Of a DNA stretch of 64,000 nt, positions 1-13,473 are shown in pieces (within the stretch, counting starts at the first letter, position 1; each line of letters begins with the position of its first letter). The position numbers and the translations under genes are program-made. Under the pieces are notes generated by a model that was not told where the DNA came from, ran no database searches, and was given only the letters and a program-made list of their open reading frames with translations. The stretch is from Chrysomallon squamiferum (lineage: Eukaryota > Animalia > Mollusca): contig CM022679.1 of the NCBI GenBank assembly GCA_012295275.1, positions 7,254,001 through 7,318,000 on the forward strand. Direction: 5' to 3'.

Positions 1-38
1 TCACTTTTATTTGCTATATATATTTCCTCTCTTATTAG

Positions 39-3000
39 AAAATGATCATTCAGGATATGAACTTGCACAGTCCATATACGGGTCAAGTAATTATATTCAT
101 ATTGCTGGTTTGTCAAGAGTCCGGTTGTCATGGGCAACGCATTATATTGGAGATATTAGGTGAGGTGTCTATTCATATTTTAGTATTAGATATGTTAAAT
201 ATTTTTATACATATATAATTCAAACATATATATCTTTTCGTTTCATCTTTAATAAATATTTCCTCTTATACATAATTAATATAAATATTTATTTCAACAA
301 GTTTCAAACTTCATGGTCAGTTACAAATTTTACAGAGCAATACATAATGATATACTGGATACTTACATGCTAAAGTCACTTGATGGAGTCGGTGAAGCTA
401 CCGAATCACTGGCTACGATATTAAAAAACGGCAACAAATTGTTCTTGAAGATAAGTAAAACGGCTGGAGATAATGTTGGTGTGAGATACGGTTATGACAA
501 AATCATACATTGTCTAGGATTTTCATATGACCGTGATCTATTTACAAAGTGAGTTTACTTTATTGTTCCTTCAGATGTTGTAACTTTTTTTTCTTATATT
601 TCATTAATATGCATTTAAATTCACACAATTACACTTCAGGTAGGATGCGTATCTAATATGAAAAAGAATAGGTGAATGTCATCTCTTCACATCTCTTCAC
701 ATCTTTGAATTAATAGTTATTAGATATCATTACGTCGCGGCTAATCTTTTAGCAACAAGGGGTGTAGTAAAGCAGCTTTCTGTAAACACAAAAACATATG
801 CTATGGAGATCACTAAACCAATTGTAATTTTTGTTGTACAAAATAAATAAGAGAACTGACATAACGTTTTTAATTGCCAACCTAAATATTCCAAAATTTA
901 ATTATTATATATATATATATATGTGTGTGTGTTTTTCTCCTTTTTCTAATTCCACGCTTAAAGACTTTCAGAATGAAAATTTATTTTTAGTAAGATGTTT
1001 CAAAAATATTACTTTCTAAAGTAGGGTTCTATCAAATTTGGAATATTCGATTCGAGATCTGTGAGTCACATTAAAAATGAAATTCCTATTAATAACATAT
1101 AAACTCAATAATACTGTTATCATTATTTAAACTTCAATCTAGTGTAATCATGTTAACCATACATTCATCATTACAGTGGATATTTATCAGTGCTTTCCAG
1201 ATTAATTTACTTATCGTTCATGAACAATATATGATACACTTCATTATTTTCAAAGTTATTCAAAAATCGAACATTTTATTGTATTCGAACATTTTCAAAT
1301 GTTCGTTTTGATCGTAAGACTGACATTAGTAGGGCTCTGGTCTCAGATATAAAACCGATAAATAAAATCCTTTTTGCTGATAAAGAAGATAATAATTTAA
1401 AAATTAACAACAACAGCAACGATAAAACACCAATAACAGGAAAATATACTGATTTTGAAAATATGAGAAAAGCAAACATTGTTTCTTGAAACAAATAATA
1501 AAATTCAAATTTTTTTTATAGAAAAGATCATATTCTTTTGATACTTTGTCTGTTTCATGTATTATAAGAGATATATTAAATTCACGGATGAGATAGTAAA
1601 ATATTAAACGGTTCCTTATCACACGAAAAATTATATTTTTCGTTGTTGTTCTCGTTTTGTTTATTATTTATTATTATTATTATTTTTTTTAAATTGTTTT
1701 AAAGTTTGACAGCTCCTGATTCAGATGAAGTTGCAAATGACAAATTTCCTAAGATCGCCTTTAACTACGAATCACTGAATGTGAAAGGAATGTATTTTGC
1801 TGGAGTTATGTCACATGGTCTTGATTACAGGAAGTCAGCTGGAGGGTTTATCCATGGTTTCAGATACACAGGTCTGAAGTGCTGTGTTTTAACATCTGTT
1901 CACTAAAAATTAAATTAAAAATCCCTGTTCATGATAATAATGGTTTCAGTGTGAAAAATAAAAATAAAATGAATATTAATAACAAGTTAGTAATAATAAA
2001 AATCTTATATACACTTTTTAAAAACTTTGTATTACTGTTTTGTTCTTTTTAACTTTCTCAGAAAATATGTAAAGAAAGTTTAACGTGAAAAAAGTTAAAA
2101 TGGACAAATTATCATAATGTTTCATTTATATAAAGATTCGCAGAAACAATATTTTCTACTAAACAAAATGTATAAATATCTGAGGACATTAAGACATCCA
2201 TCCTGCATGTTGCAATTCATTCCTCTGCTTTTTTCACCTGTAAAATAATTTCATTCACCCTTAGGTGAACCATTAAACAGTTCAAGAAGCTAGATGCATG
2301 TTAAACTGTTTATACCAACAGTTAACTATTAAAATTACAGCTCGGGCCTTGCATCGTATGATGGAATACAAGTATGAAGGTGTACCTTGGCCTTCTAAGA
2401 CTGCTCCATATACACAGCTGATGAATCACATGCTGAAAAGAGTCAATGAAGCTTCTGGGATTTATCAGATGTTTTCTGTCCTGGGAGATGTTATTGTCTT
2501 AAGAGAGTAAAATTCTGTTCTTTTGTTATAATTAATGGTTTTTATTTCTCTTACACCATTTTAGTATCAAATTTGCATTCAAGTTAAGGAACTACACTGA
2601 GATATTTGTTTTTAAAGAATTATAAAAATAACAGTATATCACTTTAGCCAGTAATATTCTAGAATTCGCTACGCAGGTTGTTTGAGTACTGTGAAGTTCA
2701 TCAGTTAGAAGAAATTAAATTCAATTTAATAATTTAATTTTAAACAATCTGACACAACCCATAGATGTATAAAAAGGGATATTCAAATATCCGTATTTAT
2801 AATTACTATGTACACTTCTGTTAAAGAGAAGCAGTTCAAACAAGTACAACTGATTTCACATTTATATAAATGTCAGTTTCAAATATAACAGTAATTCATC
2901 AAAATGTCTTTAACCAAATATTATTGTGTATGATAATCTTAACAGTGGAAACCAGAGTATTTTCTACATTACATCTGTATATTGTTTAGAACATTGCAAT

Positions 3001-3400
3001 TTTGAATGTGATACATTCATCTGAAAATGTTATCAGTGTCATGATTGTTATAATTATTTATTTATTTTAAAAATAGTCTGCCTGTAAATTTCAGTGATAC
3101 TCAGGAATTTGAATATTTTGAGGAATTTCCCATCTACCTGATACACAAATTTCCCAGTATGACAGGTCGACCTGCAGACCGTGTTATAGTTCTCAACATG
3201 CAGTATGGAACTAACTTCTCTGGACCTGGTAATGATGTCTTCCGTTCTGATCGAGCTACTGGTGATCCAGCAGATGCCCACAATTCTAACTTTCTCCATC
3301 CTGTTCTTTATTACTACGAAACATTACCATCAGGTTCGATGTTTTATTATTATTATTTTATTATTGTTTTGCACATCAGCTTATTAAAAATAATAAAACA

Positions 3401-3468
<68 letters not shown>

Positions 3469-4238
3469 GTGTTAAAACTGTAAAAACTCCAAGAGACTGA
3501 ATCACACCATGGAGTAACTTTTCAGCCAGAAGTCGGATTTTAATCTGCATGTAAATGTATAATAAAGTTAGTTTTGACAAAGTCCCTACCCTGTCACTTG
3601 TAAATGTGTTTGATTAATTGTGATAAACGTGACTTGTTGAGCTTCACAGAACAAAACTTCAGTAATTCTTTAAACATTTCTGATACTTCGTTTAGCACAT
3701 ATAATTGAGCAAAGATTTTATAGCAGTTTTAATGTTTTTCTGAGAAATGTCTAGCTGGAAGATGCATATAGTCTTCAACTATTTCCTTTTGACTATGAAT
3801 ATCATGGTTTGTTTTCTTCTTCCTGCACACAATTTTGTTGTATAGTTTGCAAAACAAATAATTTAAATTTAATAGACATAAATAAAACAAAAACTGAGGA
3901 TGTTTATCTGCTGATGAATAAATGTATATCAAAACATATCTATTTTAGTGGAAGAAGTGACAAAAAGTATTGATAGTCATAAAGTTCTACCAAGACCAAC
4001 AGCTGTTCATCACATGGTTGAAGATTTCTTGATCAGATGGGATGCTCCAAAGAGCCACATTTTGCCACTACGCAGATTTGTTGAGAGTATTATTGGAACT
4101 GACATGAGACAGTTCTTCTCTGAATCGTGTTTACAAATGGCGATGACTCACACCAGTGTTCCTGTGATCTGTCAATCCCAGTTCTTGAATGGTCAAGGTC
4201 TTACAGGAACACGAGATCTTCATCAGTTCAGATTGTAG
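39..4238 (+). CDS. FOXRED2: FOXRED2-like FAD-dependent oxidoreductase, derived paralog A (5'-partial; coding exons 4-9)
   Basis: GT-AG exons read from sequence: 39-159, 336-548, 1705-1871, 2341-2506, 3095-3333, 3949-4238(TAG). Phases are consistent. Peptides [62 protein letters not shown] and HILPLRRF match FOXRED2 as I know it. Exons 1-3 would lie before the window start. Confidence 0.9.
3402..3466. repeat. (AAT)n microsatellite in intron 8 of copy A
   Basis: TAA trinucleotide run. Similar runs occur at about 5936-6000, 13423-13473 and 59448-59486. Confidence 0.95.
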
Positions 4239-4581
4239 ATTATTTACTGTATCCATTATAAATCAAAATTCTTATAAAACATATTTTTAATTAATTTTCC
4301 TAAATGAAACTAATTAAATTACTTTTTGTAAAAATAAATAAACAAGTAAATGAATGCTGATCAGAATTAATTTCTGTGTAGTCAGTAATAAATGTTCTTA
4401 ATATATATGTATAAATTTTGATTTGTTTTGGGTTTTTTTTTTAATTGTTTATTATTAAATTAATATATCAATTGAAAGTTACATATTTTATACTGTTTAT
4501 TATTTATTCATAACTAAATAACTAGAAAACACTGTCTGAAGTAAACGAATGATATTAAACAGAACAACAGTTCTTCTTCTT

Positions 4582-4612
<31 letters not shown>

Positions 4613-5699
4613 TTATTATTATTATAAATAAGTAAACAAATGTAAATGATTCCTATGCTCGTGAAATAACTTTATATTAAATGTTTTTCTTTTCTTCCTC
4701 GTTTTGACACGTTTCCCTTTTCATTTGTATAATTTGTTATTTTTATTTCTGTTTGTGTGTTTGTTCGTTTGCTATATTCATGATAAATATTTCTCCATAG
4801 AACATTATGTAATAAGTTCATTTTAATTCTGGTTATTATTATTATTAGTAGTAGTGTTAGTAGTAGTTACCACGTATTTCATTATTTAATAGTAATAACT
4901 CATCAGGTATTTGTTCTGCGTGCTAAAAGATTTCGTTTTTCAAGATGTGCATTCGTATAGCACAAAAGTAATTAGATAAATATTATTTATACATGATATC
5001 TTATCTCTTTCACATAACTAAATATTGTATTATTATTATTGTTTTTGTCGTTTTATAGCAAACTATTCTATAAAATCTCTATTGATGTCGCAGGAATAAC
5101 ATAACATTGTAGTGGGTTAAATAATAAAACTAAAGATATTTGCACATGAACTAAAAAGGGGTATCTGTGTACGTCTGGTAAAAGAAAATATATAATCAAG
5201 TAATCGAATAAATATTATATCTAAGTATAAATAAATAAATAATTAATTAATAAACTGGAAAAAGTTGTTTTGTTTTCGGTAAGTGTCGGTATAGATCTGT
5301 AATAATAATAATTATAATAACAACAACAACAATTAATAATAATAATAATAACGACACACTGCAACAACAATAGTGGTACAAGATAATTACATTCTTTAAG
5401 GAAATAAAAACAATCCACTACCGAATATGGTGAAACAATATCAGAATTTGGTTAAAAAATTAGAAGTACAATAATTAGAATTATCTCTCTAATTTGGTAC
5501 CATCAAGTTTTATATGGTATCATATATAGTCATAATTATCTATGTATACTAAGCTTGCAGGAAGAAGAAAATAAACCATCGCATTCATGGTCAAAAGGGA
5601 ATAGCTAGAACTGTCTCAATAAAACATTAAAACTGCTATGAAATATTTGTTTAAATGAAAACTCAACTATATGTAGTAAACGATATATCAGAAATGTTT

Positions 5700-5935
5700 A
5701 AACAGTGACTGACATTTCGTTCTGTGAAGCTCAACAGCACGTTTTTCACAATTCTTCATACAAATTGTTTTTCTCCATTTCCAGAAATAAAGTATGCTTT
5801 TCTCATATTTTTAAACTTGAGACCAGAGCCGTAGTAATTTCAGACTTGCGATCAAAACGAACATTTGAAAATGAGCTGTTTTAAGGTTTTGTTCATGATG
5901 ATAATAATTTAGTTAATAACATCCACAAGAACATC

Positions 5936-6003
<68 letters not shown>

Positions 6004-6375
6004 TCCACTGCAGTGATGAACGTATGGTTAACATGATTACACTAGGATGAAGTTTAAATAATGATAAAAGCGTTATTTGATTAATATGTTATTTATACAA
6101 ATTTCATTTTAAAATGTGAGTCACCGATCTCCAATAATCTAACCTCGACAGGGCCATACTTTAGACACTAATATTTTTCAAACATCTTACTAAAAAGAAA
6201 TTTTAATTCTCAAAGTCTTTAAATGTGGAATTAGAAAAAGATAAAAGTTATATATGATAATTAAATTTTGGAATACTTAGATTGGCAATTAAAAACATTT
6301 ATTTTCTATACCAAATAGCGATTTCCATAGCATATTTTTTTTTCTGATTTATAGAAAGCTGCCTTAATACACCTC
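5700..6375 (-). repeat. Inverted duplicate of copy A intron fragments
   Basis: 5715-5755 is the reverse complement of about 3615-3655, 5818-5873 of about 1290-1345, and 6000-6370 of about 760-1190. Confidence 0.8.
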
Positions 6376-6440
6376 TTAATTGTGTTTTTGTAGTTTTTTT
6401 GTTCATTATGAATAAAACTGATAAAGAAACTTAATGGTTC

Positions 6441-6480
<40 letters not shown>

Positions 6481-6617
6481 GATAATTAAATAAATTAATA
6501 ATGAACAAAAAAAAAGTGAACAAACTTAATCAGGATTTAATCAGGCTTTATTTTTATTATCAGAAAAAGAAATAAAGAAATTCCACATAATCGTAATTAA
6601 TATACATAGGTGTACGT

Positions 6618-6659
<42 letters not shown>

Positions 6660-6785
6660 TCTTTAGTATTAATTATTTAGACGTTTTCCAAGACACCGAA
6701 CTTTAATGAGCATCAACAAAACAAAAATAAGAATTTAAATCTTACCCTTTTCACTCATTTGTACACCGCACTCCGATTTTTAAAA

Positions 6786-6821
<36 letters not shown>

Positions 6822-8258
6822 GGTGATTATATAATACAAAATCGGATACAAGTATATATGTGTATGTTTGTTAATTCATCAACTAAATCGATTCAGTTAA
6901 CAGGACATTTGCAAACATATATTATTTATACATATGTTAACGTAAATGTATGCATTATCAAAGCTCATTTTAATCTTGTTCAACAGGTTTTTACATCAAG
7001 TTTCAATTGTATTTTATATTTAAAATTATATATTCAGCTTTCAGTTTTATTACATATTCCATTGTGCAAATGACAGAAATATACTTTCATATAATACATA
7101 TAAAATAAGTCCTGATATATATATATATAATTTTTGATATAAACATATGAGTTATAGATTTTTAGATAAAGGTTGTTATTACTTCATGGTTCTTCTAACA
7201 TACATCTTTTGGAAAACTAATACTTTTTCAGAATAATACTTACATACTGTTGGAAAATAATTTTGACTTTTAAAAAGAAAATACGCTGAAAATTAGAAAT
7301 CATTTGAAAGGTATAAAGAGATTAGAAAACTGATTATGTGATATTTCTTTAAAGAATTATTAAAAGGAATGATTTTCACAACATTGAAAAAGCAAACTGC
7401 TATAATTTGACAGTTGTTCTGTTTTTCATCCAGACAGCATTCATATTAGAAGATGCTCTATCGAAGGATATAAAAATCTATAAAACCTTTCCATTTTGTT
7501 TTATTAATATATCTTGCAGTTAACTCGCACGCACGCACTCACACAAACACACATATAGTCAATTTTCCTAAGAAACATTTCTAAATTTGGTTAAATATAT
7601 TTTCTCAGTGTGAGATTACTTTTTTAAAAGTATAATGAAATCAAATAAAAACACAAACACTTTATATTTGAGTGCCAGTTAACACATTTTTACACATAAT
7701 ACAGTTATATTTGTATCATTTAAAAGATTTTATTTATAGTTTATTAATAACTAAAATTCAAAATGTTTCTCTTTTCGATACGTACTTTTATAAAACCTAT
7801 CATCACTGAATGAATGTATAGACTATGAGTCACTGAAGACATTAAAACTTTCTTTAGAAGACTTTCGGTCAAGGGGGTTGTCTTATTTCTTTTATTGTTG
7901 TTACTTTTGATTGTGACCGCTAACTTCAGTATAACTGATGTTCTATAAAGTGAAATTTATCTTACGTTTGGCAATGTAAAATTATTTAAAGATCACAATA
8001 TATCTGAAAATGATTACGTATGTGAATAACAGTGTAAAATTTGGATAACTGGCAGTTGAGAAAGACTAAAAGTGTTATTTATTCTGAAATCAGAAGAACA
8101 CGGTTGCTTAATTTTTTCTTTTTCATTGTTGATTTATTGATTTATTTTAATTTCATTAGAATTAATTTTATATCTGTACTTATATGGGTAGTTGAGGAAT
8201 TTTTCAAGATTGATGAACTTTTCAATACTTTTATACTTATAAAATTTTTTATTTAAAA

Positions 8259-9540
8259 ATGTGGAGTCGTAGAAGATTAGCATTTCCCGTCCATGTCTTC
8301 CAATTCCTACTGCTGATACTTGAAATACTGCTGACACATCAACAGTCGATGGTTTATCATGATTACTGTGTCATTGGAACTGGACCTGCTGGTGTACAGA
8401 TGGGCTACTTCCTCCACAGAGCTGGCAGAGACTATGTTGTGTTTGAAAAAGAAACCATCACAGGTATTGTTTTCCTTTATGTACTTTTTAAATATATCTT
8501 TATTTAGATAAATTTCTGTATTAATCTAGTTTTTACAGAATCATTTATTTTATATAAGCCTTTAGGACCCACAACGAGAGTTATAGCTTCGAAAACAAAA
8601 AATCATCCACCTTGCCGAATAAGTATTTTACGAAAATCCATGCAAAAGCAGACTGTCAATATTGTTTTTTCCCTTATAATCATTTAAAACATTTCGAAAA
8701 TACGACTTTCTTATTATATATATATTTCATATTCTATGTCCTTGCCTATACCATTTATTTGAATTTATATCTTAGTTTCACATTTGAGCTGATAGCTGAA
8801 TTTGTAAGACAAATAATTACAATTACAAACTTATTTATAGCTCATTATCCGTTTAATCCATTTATGTTGCAAACAGTTAATATGCCTTCTAGTTTCTAGC
8901 GAAACTCAGGAATTTGAATATTTTGAAGAATTTCCCATCTACCTGATACACAAATTTCCCAAAATGACAGGTCGACCTGCAGATCGCATTATAGTTCTCA
9001 ACATGCAGTATGGAACTAACTTTTCTAGACCTGGTAATCTTCCGTTTTCATCGAGCTACATGTGTTTCAGGAGATGCCCACAATTCTAACTTTCTCCATC
9101 CAGTTCTTTATTACTACAGAAAATTACCATCAGGTTTTTTATTGTTTTGTAAATAGGTTCATTTATATGTATGAAAGTATGTATGATGTATGTATGTATG
9201 TATGTATGTATGCATGTATATGTATATGTCTATATATATATATATATATATATATACTATACTCTTTTATTTACAGAACAAATGATAAACTCTCGCAAAA
9301 GTAATGAAATCCTACCAAGACCAGCAGCTCTTCATCATGTAGTTGAAGATTTTCTAACGTTGGTGGGATGTTCCAAAGAACCACATTTTGCCACTACGCA
9401 GATTTATTGAGAGAATATTGGAACTGACATGAAACAATTCTTCTCTGAATCGTGTTTACAAATGGCGATGACCTACTTCAGTGTTCCCGTGAACTGTCAA
9501 TCCCAGTTCTTGAATGGTCAAGGGTCTAACAGGAATATGA
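8259..9540 (+). pseudogene. FOXRED2: FOXRED2-like pseudogene B (exon 1 + exons 8-9 only)
   Basis: Exon 1 at 8259-8463 (GTGPAG instead of GAGPAG) is followed about 440 bp later by an exon 8 remnant (8900-9133, indels near 9040-9075). An exon 9 remnant starts at 9277 with a +1 frameshift near 9364 (TTG GTGG GAT). Exons 2-7 are absent. Confidence 0.85.
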
Positions 9541-10019
9541 GAACACGATGTTACTTTCTCTCAGGAAAAACAAATTCCCATTAAAATTATAATAATATGT
9601 TATGTTTTTTTATAGAAATAAATATAATCTTTAATTTATCTATCATACAAAAACATTGGTGGTGGAAACAGTTTATATCGTCTTATTTTTATTTCAGCAA
9701 AGATGGATCAACAGAAACAAAACAATTATTTGTTGACATGTGGAGAAAAATAGATATTTGTCCTAAAGTGTAAATATAAACCAAATATGAAAAACAGAAT
9801 TCGAATATAAGTTTTAAACGTTTAAAATTTATTTATATCATTCAAAATGCTCATATAATGTGCTTTTAACGCCAAATATGTTTCCCAGCGCTGTAATCTT
9901 CTGGTATATCGAGATATCAGGCGAGAAACGCCGGAAGGGTAAATTAAGAATTATATACATTCATATGTCATTGTATGCATTTAATAATAATAATAAGAAG
10001 AAGAAGAAGAATAAGAAGA

Positions 10020-10292
10020 AAAAATAACATGCTTGAAGAGGCAAATCGACATCTCACGTGTATATCCAGCAGCGACGTAAGGCAAGGAAAGATGGAGACT
10101 AACAGAACAGTCAAAGATAAAACTACCATCAGCCCAAGGAACGTTTTAAAGAAGTATGTGTGAAGAAAGAACCACCTGGAAGAAAATAGCGCAAGACAGA
10201 AAAATGTGGTAACAACATGCTATTGCTTTAGTCCGACAAAGGAGCACCTCGACTGTGCAATAACGATGATGATGATGATGATGATGATGATG
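10020..10292 (+). mobile_element. Degenerate 3' end of an RTE-like non-LTR retrotransposon
   Basis: 10174-10235 translates TWKKIAQDRKMW*QHAIAL, resembling the W...AQDR..W C-terminal motif of RTE-clade ORF2. It is followed by a (GAT)n microsatellite tail at 10266-10292. Confidence 0.55.
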
Positions 10293-10304
10293 AAAGTAGA
10301 AACA

Positions 10305-10343
<39 letters not shown>

Positions 10344-11022
10344 GACAGCTGAATGTATACACATATAATAACATTAGATAAGCTACGAGATTAACTTGTG
10401 TACTGTTTAGTAAAGTTTGTATTGATCGTACCAGTACACTAAATATTATCATTAAAACCTGTTTGTTTGTTTGTTTTATATTAAAATTATAATGTGATCG
10501 GTGGCGCTTTTCAGGTCGGACCGCGACCTTTAATAAATATTTTATGTTTTATTTTTCTCACCCCTTTCTTTCCTTCTGGCCTTATATGTTAAAGGATGTC
10601 TGTATTTCTGAATAATGTCCCATAATATCCAACAAATCTTCAAGATTTTGTATATGGTTTCTGTTTTCTTTTCATATGTTTTTTAAAATTTTAATTTTTT
10701 AATTCTTTTATTTAAATGCGTTATTAAAGTGTGAATTTGATAGAGACCCAGTCTTTCCAATAATTGCGCGTTACTCTAAAATAGAGTTATTTCCCTTGGA
10801 CAGTGTATTATCTTTGCACTTCACTAATGTAATATATAAGAGGTATTTCAGATAATGGTGGCTAAATAAAAGAATATTCCCTAGTTTCTGTTTACTCGAA
10901 CCTGATAGCTGCTTATAATATTACTAGTACTAAGTCTCAGGTTTCGTTTCCTTCAAATATATTAAATTACCAAGCGAATTTTTTTTTATCAATTTTACGC
11001 AGATAACAAAAGTAGAAAAGAA

Positions 11023-11069
<47 letters not shown>

Positions 11070-11288
11070 TAAATAAATAAATAAATAAATAAAATAAGAG
11101 TGCTTACACATTCTGTAGTGGATGTAACTAAATATTTCCGTTAGTGGTATTAACTTTGTTGACTTAAATGTTCTCTTTATAACAAGTAAAAAAAGTTTAA
11201 TCCTTATTTATAATAATAATAAGAAGAAGAAAAAGAACATCGCCAAAGTATTAGGATTATAAGCTATTTAATACTATTATTCATTATT

Positions 11289-11319
<31 letters not shown>

Positions 11320-12125
11320 TTATTACTACTTCTACTACATTCACCAAAGCAACAGGATTATAAACTAATAAACACTCTCTCTTGAGATTGGGGTGTGTTC
11401 TGAAAAGGGCCGTTTTGACTGTGTCCTGTTTATCCACATCCCGGATGTAAATCATGGGGTAGTGGATGTTCAATTGTTTTATTAAAAGAACCGTCAAGCT
11501 AATGTTGCTTTTTTTTTTTTTTTTTTTAATTGTCGTCCTTATATAGCCGCAACACCTACGTAAAAGAAGTTACATGGACGTTAGCGAAGAAGTTGTGTTT
11601 TTTTTCTGAAAACGTTTCCCATTAAAATCTAGTGAAACAATATCATCCTCAGATATATGCGTAAATATAATTCTGTTCATGTACGACAATTTTCAACTTT
11701 TTCTATGATCACAATAACGTCAAAATAACTGACGATAATGTCGAAAGAAAGGTCAATTAATTTAGAATTTATATTCTTTTGCTTTGTTTTTGTTCTGTTT
11801 AAGAGGATCCGTTTACTACAGACAGTGTTTTCAAGTTATTTAGTTATGATCAAATAATAAACAGTATAACTTGTGTAATAATGAATTTAATAATAATAAG
11901 TACTAATTAAAGGAAATCAATAAAAAAAACCAAAACTCAACTAAATATAAACACATATGTTAAGAACAATAGAGAAATTAATCTTGATCGGCATTCATTT
12001 ACTTGTTCATTTACTTATTTTTACAAAAAGTAATTTAATTAGTTTCATTTAGGAAAATTACGTAAAAATATATTTTATAAGAATTTTAATTTATAATGGA
12101 TACAGTAAATAATCTACGATCTGAA

Positions 12126-13422
12126 CTAATGTAGATCTCGTGTTCCTGTAAGACCTTGACCATTCAAAAACTGGGATTGACAGATCATAGGAACACTGGT
12201 GTGGGTCATCGCCATTTGTAAACACGATTCAGAGAAGAATTGTCTCATGTCAGTTCCAATAATACTGTCAACAAATCTGCGTAGTGGCAAAATGTGGCTC
12301 TTTGGAGCATCCCATCTGATCAAGAAATCCTCAACCATGTGATGAACAGCTGTTGGTCTAGGTAGAACTTCAGGACTATCGTCATTTTGTATCATTTCTT
12401 CCACTAAAATAGACATCTTTTAATATACTGTTATTCATCAATGAAATAAGAATTTTGTTTTATTTATATATTCTATTTTTGTTATCACACACACGCAATC
12501 ACATATACGTACATATTCACACACATACACACATACAGATATAAATGACCCTATTTGATTGTGAATTAAAAATCCAACCTGATGGTAATTTTTCGTAGTA
12601 ATAAAGAACAGGATGGAGAAAGTTAGAATTGTGGGCATCTGCTGGATCACCAGTAGCTCGATCAGAACGGAAGACATCATTTCCAGGTCCAGAGAAGTTA
12701 GTTCCATACTGCATGTTGAGAACTATAACACGGTCTGCAGGTCGACCTGTCATACTGGGAAATTTGTGTATCAGGTAGATGGGATATTCTTCAAAATATT
12801 CAAATTCCTGAGTGCCACTGGAATGTATAGAAAGTATATTTTTAAAATAAATGAATGGTAATAACAATGATGACATTGGTGATCATTTTCAAATTAATGC
12901 ATCACATTCAAAAATGCAAGGTTTCTGTAATATAAACAAATGTTATCTATAAAGTACTTCCATGGAAAGCATTTAAGGCTTTTCTCCCTATTATCTTTGT
13001 TCGTAGAGTTTAGATTATCATACAGATAATTTATTTAAAGACGTCTTAAAGGAATTACCATTATATTTGAAACTAACAATGTTAATTTTATCATAATTTG
13101 AAATCAGTTGTAAAAGTTTGAACTGCTGTCTTTAACACAAGAGTGTATAATATTGTTAAATAAAAATATTTGAATAACTCACTTGATACAGTTTTACAAA
13201 GTATGTACAAATTATTAAATTAATTTCCATTTCTTTTCATTGAAAAACTTCACTAGATTCTACCAATTTGGATTGTAAATTCTAGAATATTATTAGCTAA
13301 TAGATAGAGGGGTATTTTTTTTTTCTTAAAAAATTAATCTTTCACGGTAGTTTATTATCCGTAATGACAAATTATTATTATTCCAAAAATTAGAATAGAA
13401 AATTTAAATAAAACTAGCAACA

Positions 13423-13473
<51 letters not shown>

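Noticed and set aside
3054-3387. ORFs [11 protein letters not shown]... and [11 protein letters not shown]..., repeated at 12438-12861, 22147-22555, 29955-30354 and 37865-38161
   Set aside because: They are antisense or alternative-frame shadows of FOXRED2 exon 8 and recur only because the exon is duplicated.
3353-3580. Poly-Tyr, poly-Ile, poly-His and CV/HT-repeat ORFs (also 10146-10452, 27100-27321, 31847-32086, 60487-60711)
   Set aside because: They are translations of microsatellites, not proteins.
4224-4238. C-terminal FRL of copy A as a peroxisomal PTS1
   Set aside because: Phe at position -3 is non-canonical, the ending is not shared by the paralogs, and the family has a signal peptide.
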